DNA from: Macrostomum hystrix
Taxonomy: Eukaryota > Animalia > Platyhelminthes
DNA length: 64,000 nucleotides
Reading direction: 5' to 3'
NCBI GenBank assembly: GCA_950097015.1
Contig: CATNEN010000039.1
Coordinates: 2,232,001 to 2,296,000, forward strand
A program made the position numbers and the translations under genes. The notes under the pieces are model-generated. The model saw only the letters and a list, made by a program, of their open reading frames with translations. It was not told the DNA's origin and ran no database searches. Positions 1-13,000 of this stretch are shown here, in pieces (positions within the stretch are counted from its first letter, which is position 1; each line of letters opens with the position of its first letter).

Positions 1-285
1 AGATGGGAATGCGAATGGAGAAGGTTGGGGAGATGGGAATAAGGATGGAGAAGGTTGGGGAGATGGGAATGCGGATGGAGAAGGTTGGGGAGATGGGAAT
101 GCGGATGGAGAAGGTTGAGAATATGGGAATGCGCATGGAGAAGGTTGGGGAGATGGGAATGCGAATGGAGAAGGTTGGGGAGATGGGAATGCGGATGGAG
201 AAGGTTGGGGAGATGGGAATGCGGATGGAGAAGGTTGGGAAGGTGGGAATGGGGATGGAGTATGTTGAGGAGATGGGAATAAGGA
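1..285. repeat. 30-bp minisatellite (AGATGGGAATGCGGATGGAGAAGGTTGGGG)
   Basis: Direct tandem periodicity; runs off the window start. Confidence 0.95.
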
Positions 286-547
286 TAGTAAACTTGAAAA
301 CAAAGAAGAAAGTGTAGAGAAAGTTAGAAATTAAAAAAAATTAAGGAAGACGAAATCTAACCGACACAGAATAAATTAAATTAAATCTTAAATACTTTTC
401 ACCTTTTGTAATGCACAGCAAAATGATTATCTAATAAATTTCGCATATATTTCATCACCAATTTAAGCAAGACAATCCATTACTGAAACAAACACATAAT
501 TACAAACTCCTACAGACACATAAGTTACATGCCGACTAAGATTCCAG

Positions 548-898
548 ACTGTCCGGAATCATACTGCGCATAGTCTAGCAATCCAGTCCTCAGGCTGTCC
601 GCAATCATACTGAGCATAGTCTAGCAATCCAGTCCTCAGGCTGTCCGCAATCATACTGAGCATAGTCTAGCAATCCAGTCCTCAGGCTGTCCGCAATCAT
701 ACTGAGCATAGTCTAGCAATCCAGTCCTCAGGCTGTCCACAATCATACTGAGCATAGTCTAGCAATCCAGTCCTCAGGCTGTCCGCAATCATACTGAGCA
801 TAGTCTAGCAATCCAGTCCTCAGGCTGTCCACAATCATACTGAGCATAGTCTAGCTATCCAGTCCTCAGGCTGTCCGCAATCATACTGAGCATAGTCT
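548..898. repeat. 46-bp minisatellite immediately 3' of the eIF2B-beta stop codon
   Basis: CTGTCCGCAATCATACTGAGCATAGTCTAGCAATCCAGTCCTCAGG, about 7.5 copies. Confidence 0.95.
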
Positions 899-915
899 CA
901 CTGAGCATAGTTACA

Positions 916-2595
916 TCACTCCGCATCAATGCAATAGTCATCCTGATGATACTGCTCAGCCAGGCAGCGGTGAAGGTGGGAAGGCGCCAATCCACCTAGG
1001 TTGGTGACGAACAGAGTAACAAGGCCTGGGGGCACCAGGTCGTATTTGGGACAGTGCACCTCGGCAAACGACAGGCTCTCCTCTAGCAGGCAAGCCGGAT
1101 TCAGGTAGACATTAGCCCGCTCAACACTGTGATAGGCCGGGGCGAGCTTGTGCGCCGGGGCGCAGACCAGCACGGGCACGGAGTGACGCTTGGCGGCCAG
1201 CAGCAGGCCGTGGGTGCCGCACTCGGCCCGCAGGCCGCCGTCGGCGAATACAGTCTGAGCGGACAGCAGACAGCGGTGGACACGCGACATTGCGGCAAAG
1301 GCGTGCGCATCGGCAATTAGGGTGGCTTCGATCTGAAGGTTTCATAAGTCGAGTTGAGCGTAAGTGGGGTTGGTGTCTTCGTGCCGAAATGTGAAAAAGC
1401 GGAGTGAAGAGGGTGTCAAAGTGCAAAGAGAGACGAAAAGACGGAATGGGGAGGGTGTCAAAGCGCAAAGAGAGACGAAAAGACGGAGTGGGGAGGGTGT
1501 CAAAGCGCGGAGAGAGACGAAAAGACGGAGTGGGGAGGGTGTCAAAGCGCGGAGAGAGACGAAAAGACGGAGTGTGAGGGTGTCAAAGCGCGGAGAGAGA
1601 CGAAAAGACGGAGTGGGGAGGGTTTCAAAGCGCGGACAGAGACGAAAAGGCGGAGTGGGGAGTCTGTGCGCACAGAAGAGAAGAATAAGGCGTGATCAGG
1701 AGAGATTTATTTGCACTGAAAGTACCGTTAAAAATTTCCATGGAGAGGGTGTTATTGAATTATGAAGGCAGATCTCTTTCCTTAACAAATTTACTAAGCA
1801 AAATACCTCTCATAAGTTTCGTGTACTTTAGCGTCCTAACTAGAGGCATAATGAGCCCGAATACCTAAGACAATGAACGCACCTGTGGCACAGATTTTAG
1901 CAGCTGCAGCATCCGAGTCCCAGTGAAATTTGGTCCCGAGTCGCAAACAATGACTTGAAATTTTCGATTAGCCGCAGCCGTTCTCAGCACCTGGGCCACA
2001 GTGTGTGAGTAGCCCAAGGTCAGCACGACCTCGTTCTCGCCAATGTGCGCGGCACCGTGGCCGCATAGGTCATCCAGGCTAGTTTCCAGCTCCAGCATCA
2101 GCTCCTTGATAGCGGCCGGCAGGGAGTCGCGCAGTTTGTCGACTTTTACCTGGGATTCGACAGTTTGTTAGAAATAAATGCCCCGGTAATATTGACTCCT
2201 TTGCTAGAACATTCGACTTCAGATTTATCTGTTTCAGATTCTATTTTATAAAATGGGGAGACAAGGGACCTCACTTGGCTATAGTCGATGGGCCGCTCGC
2301 TAAACAGATTGTTCTGCAGCGAACTAAGCAGCTGAGCCCCAGCTCCAAGGCTGTGGACGGCCTCTTCCCTCACAATCTTCAGCACTCGCCGGCAGGCATT
2401 CTGTGATACAGCGTCGACTGGGTCGCGACCGGCACAGACGGCGGCCTCGCGACGCACCAGCCGGATGAGGTCGGCGGCTGTGGCGGCTGACTCTCCCTGC
2501 TGCTTCTGCAGCAGCTTTGCCAGGCGACGGACAACTTTGAGTGCCAGCTGATTAGAGTGAACTTCGTTCACTGACTGCTGCTGCTGCTGCTGCAT
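916..2595 (-). CDS. EIF2B2: Translation initiation factor eIF2B subunit beta (3 exons: 2595-2275, 2149-1883, 1332-916; ~334 aa)
   Basis: All introns are GT-AG and phase 0. The joined protein has eIF2B-beta motifs: NACRRVLKIVREE, HIGENEVVLTLGYSHTV, IEATLIADAHAFAAMSRV, GTHGLLLAAKRHSVPVLVCAPAHKLAP, YDLVPPGLVTLFVTNLGG. Confidence 0.92.
1390..1662. repeat. ~42-bp minisatellite in eIF2B-beta intron 2
   Basis: AAAGCGCGGAGAGAGACGAAAAGACGGAGTGGGGAGGGTGTC, about 6 copies. Confidence 0.9.
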
Positions 2596-3334
2596 TTTGC
2601 TGCTTATTCAACAGAAATTATTTTATTCAAGATCAGTTTGTCTTAGCTTTCTGCACAGTGCCTACATAGAATAAATAAAGGAAAATTTAGTTTAAAATTT
2701 GTTTAAAAATTTTTAGGTTTGTTTATAAAAGGTAATCACTTTTTAGCTAGTCTTAAAGATGGTCTAAGGCAGCTAAATGAAAAAAATGATAACAATGGTT
2801 GGCTTGCTCTGTGTAAAGAATAGGAAACTTAGTTTTTAGAAAAAAACAAGTCTTGCCCCTTTCCTATAGGGGGCACATGCGACTCTTGTAAATTTCTCCT
2901 TGTTTCTTTAGTCTACTGTGCATTTTCTGCCAAAAATTTAGTAGAAACCCAGTATTTATATGCCTAAATCAGAAAAACACCCCATTGTGGGCTAAATACT
3001 CAGCAATACCCCAAAAAATAGGCAAATCCTCACAAAACTGGTAAAATATCCACTGGAAATTTGACTAATTTATCCCCAATTATCTCCCTTTCAGCATACT
3101 GCCCCCTGCCCCCTAAGCCTTTGATTACTCTAAAGGGAGCCATTGTCTTTATGTGTTATAATATCATCTTAATGCTTAAATCATATTTCAATGCAGCAGT
3201 CAGACTGTAGCCTTAATATGCTCATACAAATTACAAATATGATGCCATTTGCAATCATCTAATTGCATCTGTTTCCATATCAATTAGCAACTTTTCCTAA
3301 TCTCATAGCAGATTACCAATATGATTATTTACTA

Positions 3335-3620
3335 TTGCTGCTGGGGGGAATTAGTTCTCTGCTGCTCAGGGGGGGAATTAGTTATTTGCTGCTGGGGGGA
3401 ATTAGTTCTCTGCTGCTCGGGGGGGGGAATTAGTTCTCTGCTGCTGGGGGGGAATTAGTTCTCTGCTGCTGGGGGAATTAGTTCTCTGCTGCTGGGGGAA
3501 TTAGTTCTCTGCTGCTCGGGGGAATTAGTTCTCTGCTGCTGGAGGGAAATTAGTTATTTGCTACTGAGGGGACATTAGTTCTCTGCTGCTTGGGGGACAT
3601 TGGTTTTTTACTGCTGAGGG
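3335..3620. repeat. ~23-28-bp minisatellite with variable G-run
   Basis: CTGCTGCT(G)nAATTAGTTCT units. Confidence 0.9.
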
Positions 3621-4225
3621 GATAGTATTCACATGTACCTCAGTAGCATTAAGCTAAGTTGTATCAAACGTAAGTTACTTGTTTAATTCTGCCCCAATGG
3701 GGCTCTTGGTGTAGAGACCGGATGTCTCAGTATGTATTCGAGATCAGACTGACTATTTTTGTATTTAGTGAGAATTCAAATTCTCTTTGATTCGCAATCA
3801 TGTATATTCGCAATCAGGGAAATTATTACTGACGAAATAGGTTTTCGTTTTTGTTTGCTTTCAGGTGTGTTTTGTCCTTCCTTCTGGTGCATTGCACCAG
3901 ATTTTTTGTCTGACCAGTAGTACTCCCCGAAGGGGTGCAAAACTTGCTAGTTATTTACTATATGTGAAATTACATAAATTTGCTTTTCATTTTTTTGTAA
4001 CAAATTGCCACTTGTGCAAATAAAAAATGATCCTTGTAATTGTAAAACTAAATCTGATAAAAAGAAATTTTCTCTGGATTTCAAAACTCTAAAGATAAAG
4101 ATTCAGGTTTTGGGATTTAATATCTTTAAATAAATCTAATTGACCAGATCAGCCATTAAAATTAAAAAGAAGCCAGTGCATACCTTTGCCACTGTCAAAT
4201 GTTTACCGCTATTTGCTGTCTGTTT

Positions 4226-4712
4226 GGTCCCAGGTCATTTCGGTGACAAGACATTTCGGTGACAGTTATTTCGGTGACAGAATTGGTCAGTTTGGTGACA
4301 ACTATTTTTGCACCTAAATATGTTGAGAAAACTGCCTTCCACGATCCAGCAGCTGCTTAAAGCCTGCACTCGCCTTGTCAATCCAAAACTTGAAAAAAGA
4401 TTATTATACACATTTAATTAGGAACGAATAACTATTGAAACTATTGACTACTCATTAAATAGATTAATAATTTAACTCATTTAAAGTAAAACCCAGACTT
4501 AATCAGAGTGATGCAGCTTCTTATTAATACTTTTAGCATCATTTAATTAATATTTTATATGTGTGCATAGTTAAAATGGAAGTCTGTTTTTTAGCATATT
4601 TAGGTGCAAAAATAGTTGTCACCAATCTGACCAATTGTGTCACTGAAATGACTTAAGTTGTCACTGAAATGACTGTCACCGAAATGTCTTGTCACTGAAA
4701 TGACCTGGGACC
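4226..4712. mobile_element. MITE with ~115-130 bp TIRs and 5-bp TSD (TGTTT)
   Basis: Begins GGTCCCAGGTCATTTCGGTGACAAGACA and ends TGTCTTGTCACTGAAATGACCTGGGACC. The TTTCGGTGACA motif is repeated inside the TIRs. TGTTT lies at 4221-4225 and 4713-4717. Confidence 0.88.
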
Positions 4713-5095
4713 TGTTTAGACTGTATTTATGCCATAGTCAGGAAGGTGGCCTTTTTTGTCAAAAATTCCGGCGTGCATAGGCATAGCCAAAGATATTTGG
4801 CGTACATTCTGCATACATTTGGTCTGCCTTGCAACAGTTGGCGTACATTCAGCATATGCCATGTACGCCGCAAATATGTGGCATGATATGGGATATAAGG
4901 TTGGCATATGAGGCAGTGCTAATTCTCTATTATGTCTACCGTATATTCTTATTCAAATCTCTGCCAAAACTTTACGGTAATCTTTGGGTGTGTTGCTAAG
5001 AATGAGTTAAAATAAGTTAAAATGACATAAAATAGTTAAAAATTGTAATTTTAACATCTTCAGTTACTAGTACATCTTCAGTAGTTGGTATAGTA

Positions 5096-5376
5096 CATAC
5101 ATGCGCAACCTCCCAAATCTTAGCCAGCCGTGCGACTTAGTTTTTGCTCTCATTTGCGACTTAGTTCATTTCATTACTCTATTTACGACTTAGTTTGCTC
5201 TCATTTGCTCTCTTTTTCTCTCCCCTTTTTCCTTTTCTTCCCGCCTTCTTTTTTTGTCCCTTGGTCCCCCCTTTGATTTTTTTGCGCTTGGTCTATTGGT
5301 TTTTGCGACTTACCTTGCTTGGCCCTCATTTCACCCGGCCAGTTCAGCCGGGTCGGCTGGGTGTTGCGCATGTATG
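5096..5376. mobile_element. Nested hAT-like MITE, 8-bp TSD GTATAGTA
   Basis: TIR CATACATGCGCAAC / GTTGCGCATGTATG. TSD at 5088-5095 and 5377-5384. Internal GCGACTT repeats. Confidence 0.88.
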
Positions 5377-5894
5377 GTATAGTACAACAACCAAACTTGT
5401 TGTATATTCGATGCAACAGAAGGTTTTTACTTTATTATAATACACCATACATGGATACAAATCGTGACGTCGACAATGTTAGAAGCAGAATTAATGCCTG
5501 AATCTGCTAAATTGTATTAATTAGGGGGCCTACCACCTTTGGCTTTACTGGCTTACTCTGTTGCTGCAAACTCAAAATTCTGAATTCAAATGGCTCAATT
5601 TGCTTTGCTTGAAAGCTTGAAAGCTTGATAACAATAAGCTGATAAGCACACTAACAGAAATATGCACAAGCACTGCACTATGCCACCAATCGGAACAGCA
5701 TCCAGTGAGCGGCTGCTGGACCGAGCTGCAAAGCTCTTCTATGCTGGAGATGCCAACTGTGGACTGCGGCAGCATCGTGGGCTGCTGTTTTTTGACCCTA
5801 GAGGTCGAGGTGTTGACAAGTACGACATCAGCAAAGTTATCAACCGGCGCCACACTCAGGACTCGCATGTCCGTTCATCGGTGTCCATTCAGTG

Positions 5895-6459
5895 CCATAG
5901 TCCGGATCATGCTGGACTTACGCCGTAGGAAAAATCCAACATTTTTTGGCACTTACGCCAGACTTACGCCAACCAAAAAAGGTCCCTCTGACTTACGCCA
6001 CCCAAAAAAAGGTCCTTCACAAATCATGTTAATCGGTGATTAATTAAATTCAGAAGTTGCAACTGTTTAAAAATCTCACAAGTTGCAAATTCTAAATCAA
6101 GTATCAAAGTAAGCATCTTAAAGCTAAAAAAACTTTTGCTATCCTTCAATAGATATTCTGCTATCTCATTTATACGAACTGCAATATTTTAATGAACTTT
6201 GTTTTAATGCTGCTCCTAATTAACGCAAACATCATATTTAACGCAAATGTGTTATGTTCTATAGTGATACATTTGATCGTGAATGATCTCATTTGTGCTA
6301 ACATTTACGCCACTTGATTTATGCCATGTACTTACGCCAAGCACTTACGCCAAGGCACATTTTGGCCTATACTTACGCCAAGCACTTACGCCAGCCTCCG
6401 ATCCCAAACCAGATTTACGCCGGAGATCTCCGGCGTAAACGACATGATCCGGACTATGG
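5895..6459. mobile_element. Nested MITE, CCATAGTC termini, 8-bp TSD ATTCAGTG
   Basis: TIR CCATAGTCCGGATCATG / CATGATCCGGACTATGG. TSD at 5887-5894 and 6460-6467. Many TTACGCC(A) subterminal repeats. Confidence 0.9.
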
Positions 6460-7944
6460 ATTCAGTGTCCTAATAAGCTGATAAACAATTAACTAATCGG
6501 CGTGCATGGGTGCATTACGGTATATATGGCGTGCATTACGGTATATTTGGCGTACATATGGTTACATTTGGCGTACATAGGTAGCCTGCCCGAATTTCAT
6601 TCCAGCGTACACATGCCACCTTCCTGACTATGGTATTTATGAAACTATGTTTTATTAAAACTGAATGAAAAAGTAACACATTTAAACACTTAATAGGCCA
6701 TAGGGCCTATCATTGCTGATTAATTGACCAATGCCCAACACTGGTCTAGGTGGTCCTTAGACTCCATAGGCCTATTCCTTTACTCCAAAGATTACTCCAA
6801 ATCTGTAGAGAACAATTATCAAAGGCTATTTTCGGATGCAGCCAGGTGCACTTAAATATACTAGGCTAGGCCTACTCTATGGTCTGGACATTCATATAAA
6901 TAAAATAATTAGGCTACCAATACATCATTAACTCAATATTTAGTAGGTGAATAATTCTACTATATTTTTCCTTTTAAATTTATGAGAACAAGTGAACAAA
7001 TTTAATATTTTTTTGAATGCACCAAAGAAGAAAAATATACATATATGAGTTATTCATATTATTAAGTAGAAAAAGTGTCTTACCGCTCGGACACTCACAT
7101 GCTACCATAGAGTTAACAACTCTAATTTATGTGTTATACTGGTTAAATATTGTTGAAGTTAAATAATAAGAAAGAGCCCTCCAACAAATAAAATAGATGA
7201 ACCATTAATAAAACTGTAGCTAGCTATGCGTGCACAACATTGCAAGTCTGCAAACATATATTAAAGTTATAAGATGGCTTAAGTAGAAAAATATGTGCTG
7301 ACGGTGGTTGGATGTTAGGCCTACTTAAATTTAAATTTTAACATTATAGTAAGCTACTTTATGCCCACGCTAAGTTCCATGAATGATTCTTTACGATAGG
7401 TGAACCAGACATTAGCGCTAATGTCTAAGCACTAATTATCTGATGATTATCAGATTCACATATTGCTACAACTTTTTCTAAACTTCCATGACAAGTATTA
7501 CTTCTTGACATAATCATACATTCCTATTCACCAATTCTTAGAAAAAATGTTGAACATGAGGTTTTGCACATTGGGTCTGGAAATTGATATAACAAATTAG
7601 GTAAAGTAAATATATTCTCTCTGTGATTCTTTTTCCTATAAATTAATTATGAGTTTTGTTTTAGAACCTTAAAAATATTTGATGCTGACATATTGATAAC
7701 ATGTCTGAAAGACATGGGCGTAAGTGTGCTACCTAGTCTAACAGGCTATAAAGGGTGCCTAATAGTTCTGCGCTGTATTTCTGGCCATTAATGCTAACAT
7801 TTAGTGAAATCGAGTGTATTTTTTCTGAGAACTTCTATCACGCAGATAGATCTAGCGATGGACTGCACTAGTATAGTTAAGGACCCGTTATACTATTGAG
7901 CTTGTACTCGTAGCCCTTGGATATGGTTGCTGTTGCGGGTTGTT

Positions 7945-8580
7945 GCTGACCACCAATGTATAGCGAGCACGAAGTTAAGGTCCTGGCAGATATAGTCAAC
8001 GAGGCGCTGAAAGGCCTGGGCGGCGTTCTTAAGCCCGATCGAACGGCATTCGCAGGAACTCGAAGAGGCCGAACGGGATGATGGCGGTGGTCTTGGGGCA
8101 ACGTCGTCGTCTTCTTCTTCTCTCTTTTTGTCGCCTTGCGGCGCAGTGACCGGTTATGCAGAAGTCATGCTACGCTATTGCTATTAATATTTCCTGCGAG
8201 TTTTTCGGTTTTCTGGCTAGATTCGTTTGTGCTTTATGATGACCATGTTGTTCGGATTTTGCACTCTTCGTCGTCATCTTCGTTATTGGTGACGGGGAAC
8301 CTTTAATAGAACCACGCACCAGGTCAATCTTGGAGAAGTGCGCTAAGAAATCCTGGATGTGTGGCCACCGGCTAGCGGTTGGGCACCGTGACGCCGTTAA
8401 GCCGTCTGAAATCCCCGCAGGGCCGCCTGCAGCCTCCGTAGGACTTGGGCACTGCACCACGTGCATCGGCGAGGACCATGGGCTGCTGGACGGGGCACGA
8501 TGCTGAGCTTCTCCAGGAGCCGGAACTCATCCATGGCCACCACGCCAGATTGTCAGGGGGCAGGCGGCGCGGGCCGCCAT
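7945..8580 (-). pseudogene. Degraded Gypsy/Ty3 reverse transcriptase fragment
   Basis: Frameshifted motifs RRLPPD..., VPKSYGGCRRPCGDFRRLNGVTVP, PHIQDF...FSKIDLVRG and PKTTAIIPFGLFEFLRMPF/GLKNAAQAFQRLVD. The catalytic YxDD position has decayed to YIGG. An insert of about 154 bp interrupts it. Confidence 0.85.
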
Positions 8581-8834
8581 CTGGTAAGGAATCTAGGCCA
8601 TCCAATCCCTTAATTGTACAACTTAACTGTGAGCCAGAAGTTTCAGCGGATGTCCTCGCCTGCTTGAACGCACAACACTCCAAGAAAATCTACGAACAAA
8701 GCTGCTGAGCTCGGTGAACAAAATGTGACTTCAGCAATTGTGAAAATACTATGATAATTCGTGGCTGATTATGTTTTAATTCTTAGATGATCATAGCTGC
8801 ATGATCTTAGCTGACGCTAAGCTTTCTCGAATGA

Positions 8835-9085
8835 GGTTGTAGCCTAGTGGTTAGATCGAGCGCGATCGGATTCATGACTTAAGTTCGATTCCCGACTCCA
8901 ATGGAACAATTTGTGTCCTTTAGCAAGACACTAAACTCTGCATTGCTTTAGTCCATGCACCCAGCTGTTAAATGGTTACCAGCATTTGCAAGGTTAATTG
9001 AGGGTGGGTGTGACGGATCCCCCCAGTCCATGGACTAAACAGCTTTGCGCCGCGCATAGCTGCGGCTGTGCCGTCGGCTGCACAT
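8835..9085 (+). mobile_element. tRNA-derived SINE, family B (CORE-like body)
   Basis: A box TAGCCTAGTGG and B box GTTCGATTCC. The body GTGTCCTTTAGCAAGACACT...CACCCAGCTGTTAAATGG is CORE-SINE-like. Homologous to 32168-32392. Confidence 0.7.
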
Positions 9086-10072
9086 CTGGCCCAGCTTAAT
9101 TCAATTAATTTCAGAAATGTGACAGCTATCGTGTGCAGTTTTTCATGAGAAAATTTGATGATATGATCAGAACAACTGAAGTGAATTAAGGCGATTATCT
9201 CAATTGGAATAAAGGTCTGCAGGCTGGTTAATTTCGATTGCAGAAAGCTTTAACTCAAAATCTAGAGACATAATGAATATTTTTATTATATTTGTATCGT
9301 ATGCATATAATAACTCTAGTTTTCCAAGGAAATGCTATTCATAAACACGAGAGGCAGCAAAACGCAATTTTTGGTAAATTTAATTGCGAATACTATCGTG
9401 TCTTTAAGAGTTTTCAATAAACTCCTTATAAATACTAAATATCAAAGTATATACTTTTATGCAACATTTACTATATGTAAAGTATATAACTTGTTATAAT
9501 TGTCTTTCTCCAATGACCTCATTTCACCTTTCACCTTTGATTTCACCGAAAGAACCCGACGTAGTTTGAGTTTTTTTATGCTGCAGATTCGAAAAAATCG
9601 AAAAACTATTTGGAGGTGTGGTGTTTCTTATCTTTTTAGACACAACTTTTAGACCTCTTAAGCTGATATTCTAGAGAAACCCGTTTTTTTCTGGCATCAT
9701 TCTTAAAGTAAAAAGACAAACATTTTAATCATTGAATGCTCAGGCCTCAGAGTGGACTGTAGATCGAGAACTCGATAGATCTAAGCTATTAATTTCAAAG
9801 ATATTTGTCTATTTTTTTAAATATCATTCTACCTTTAGTACATTTACTTCTAACGAAGGCATACAATCCACGGTCGATAGCTCTATATATGTAGCTGTAG
9901 CATGCTTAGGGGGGAGACTAGCTAGCCAGTATGTCCATATATCATTAGTTGCCCCACATTGGCTTTACTTTTTCTTGCAAGTGCTCATAAAAGAATTTTC
10001 GTAGAGACTCAAATTTAAACTTTGTGTATGGATTTTTGACTTGGTTTTAATTGGTAGTCATCAATACACAGA

Positions 10073-13000
10073 ATGAATGGAATGTTTCAACCAGATATGC
10101 GGCTGTGGCCAAAGATGGTTGTAATCAATTGGATCAAAGGTAAGAATAAAGGATAATAGTAAGGGATATTGTTGATTACTCACGATATATTATTTTGACT
10201 GCCAATTCAGTTGCTTTTTTCTTGTTGAAACCTAAATGATTTGCTTGTAACTCCTAACTAGGCCTAGTATTCAGTAATTATAATTATTAGCTAGTTATGT
10301 TTTTTATAATTTTTGTAATAGCTAGTTTATTAAAAATGAAGGCCCAAAAATTCAGACAATCTAATAGCATTTTATATTGCATACTAATAATTCACACTAA
10401 ATAGCTATATAAGATCTGCTTATCAAAAGTTATGAGGGGTGTCTAAAAAGTCTTAGGACTTTTCACATAACTCTTTTCAACAGCTAGCAAGAGTAACAAC
10501 AACAAATTTATTTTATAGTGGCTTTATTTACAAATGACACAGTTAAAGAATTTTGAAAATATCACTAACTATTCAAAAGTGATATGCCTCCTTAACTGCA
10601 GTTGGGTACTGCACTCAATACATTAACAAGAACACAGAGGCTGCATATGGAGTGACAGGAAACAGAAGGTCAGCTGTCTTTCAAAAAAGTTCAAACGTCG
10701 TTCTCAGTGGCAACTGAGACCTTCTCAACATAGTCACCCTTCAGTTGGATGCACTTCTTCCACTGGGTAAGCATGTCATCAATGGCATCTGCATATGCCT
10801 GTCTTGGCATTTTGTGGACAAGAACCCATTGCACTTCTTGCTCAAGGCAGTCATGGTTGGCATGAACTCTGCCCCTTAGAAGCTGCTTGAGCTTCGGGAT
10901 TTGGGAAGATGGCGAAATCAGCTGGTGCCAGGTCCAGTGAATATGGTAGGTGAGGCAGGAGGTTGAATAGTATTATTTTATTGCTTCGAGAGTCTTTTGT
11001 GCAGTGTGGGCCAAGCATTGTCATGATGAAGGAGCCTTGGCTTCACTGGAGTTCTCCACTTGTTTGGGATATCCTTCTTCAGCTTCTTCAGCGAATCAAT
11101 GTAGCAGTCCAAATTGGCAGTGAATTTTGGCTCCAGGAAGTCAATTGTCAGTGGCCCATGACAGTCAAAAAATAGCAACAGCATCACCTTCTGGAAATGG
11201 GTCTCGCATTGAGCCTTGATAGGCGGGTTAGAACCTTTCATTGTCCACACCTTGGACTCCTCCTTAGTCGAAGGGTCGAAGTTGGGGACCCAAGTTTCAT
11301 CTCCAGTGACCACCAAAGAATGGGAAGAGCTCCATCCTCCATGTTGATCAACCAGCGTCAGATTGCCTTCGCAGGTCTGCTCTCGCTGCATCTTCATGTC
11401 AGGGGTAAGAATCCTTGGAACCCGCCGAGCACTCAGCTTGACCAGATCCATTTTTTCATGCAGAGATGGACAGTCGACTTTGGTGTGTCCAAATAGTCAG
11501 TGATCTTGCGGATTGTCAGTCAAGCATCAGTTTCAATAAGGTCAAGGATTCGATCACCCAGAGCTTTGGAAGCAGATGCTGGAGATTGTCCAGATCTAGG
11601 CAAATCAGCCACATCCCTACACCCCAGCTCAAACTCTTCAATTGAGCAGTACACTGTGCTCCTGGATACTGCTTCAGGCCCATGAATTGTGCTCAGCTGT
11701 GTCAGAATTTCAGCACCATTCAACCTCATTTGCCAGAGGGTGTAGGCCAAGCAATGCTGTGCTGTCTTTGAGTGGACATCCATGGATCCACAGATCAAGA
11801 AAAAATTCTGGCAAGCACTTAGCAACAAAGGCTTCAGCTTGCTCTGCATCGCAAAATGAGTCTTCTTAGTGGCTGTTTCATAGTGCCACACAAGCAGAAG
11901 CAAATGAACATTTTACCATAGATACAGAAAGTCATGACATGGCAAATGTCATCACACTAGAGATTTTGCGCACAAGTTTAAATTTGGTTCATTTCTGTGA
12001 GATTTCAAAATTGTAGTTCAGTTCGAGTTCCTGTTCATGAACGTATTGAGATGCAGTACCCAACTGCAGTTAAGGAGGCATAACATTTGAATAGATAGTG
12101 ATATTTTCAAAATAATTTAACTGTGTCATTTGTAAATAAAGCCGCTATAAAATAATTTTTTTGTTGTTACTCTTGCTAGCTGTTGAAAAGAGTTATGTGA
12201 AAAAGTCCGAAGACTTTTCGGACACCCCTCGTATAATGTGAATATATCAACTTTAGGAGTATTAGCTTTGCCTAGGGCTTGAGAACTAAAAAAGATTTAG
12301 ATAGCTGCCTAAATTATTGTTTTAAATTATGTTTATTAGGTAAGGTTTATTCTGGCTTTAAAAAGTCATTGATAATTATTATTGTTGTGTTAGCCTATTA
12401 TTTCTACCTGGTATTTTTTTGTCATAGTACTTATGGTTCAAGTTACATTTAGTAAAAAATTGTTTTATGGTCACAGTTTTTTTCCTTTTTAGCTATATTA
12501 GCTATCTTGAATATATTAGCTTTATTAATTTTAGTTATCAGCTATATATTGTCCACTGTTTTTATTTAAAAGGACCATTAAAGTTATAGGCCCTTAAAAG
12601 GTTGCTAGTGTTAAAATAGTTTTCTTATCTTTTTTATTTACCTGTATATGCATTCAATAATAAAAGGCTAAGATTAAAAATGGACAGGAAAGGCTAGGAT
12701 TGGATAGGTATCTGGGTGAGGCTGGTAAGGCATTCTGGGGTGGACTGTTAGGGGGAGGTTGGGGGTGGACAGGTATGTGAGGCTAGAGATGGACAGGTAG
12801 GTGAGCCTGGGAATGGACAGGTAGGTGAGGCTGGGAATGGACAGGTAGGTGAGGCTGGGAATGGGCAGGTAGGTGAGGCTGGGAATGGACAGGTAGGTGA
12901 GGCTGGGAATGGACAGGTAGGTGAGGCTAGGAATTGGCAGGTAGGTGAGCCTGGGAATGGACAGGTAGGTGAGGCAGGGAATGGACAGGTAGGTGAGGCT

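Larger units (their letters stand above)
4732..6633. mobile_element. Non-autonomous DNA transposon, CCATAGTC termini, 8-bp TSD TATTTATG; hosts two nested MITEs
   Basis: TIR CCATAGTCAGGAAGGTGGC / GCCACCTTCCTGACTATGG. TSD at 4724-4731 and 6634-6641. Subterminal TGGCGTACA repeats. Confidence 0.9.

Noticed and set aside
3-317. 104-aa MGMRMEKVGE repeat ORF
   Set aside because: It is a translation of the 30-bp minisatellite.
7940-7965. Possible LTR end plus PBS (TACA|TTGGTGG on the - strand)
   Set aside because: It falls in register with the decayed YxDD region of the RT fragment, and no LTR pair was found.
8835-8900. tRNA genes at 8835, 14011, 32168 and ~33000
   Set aside because: A/B boxes are present but there is no complete cloverleaf, and the first three continue into shared SINE bodies.
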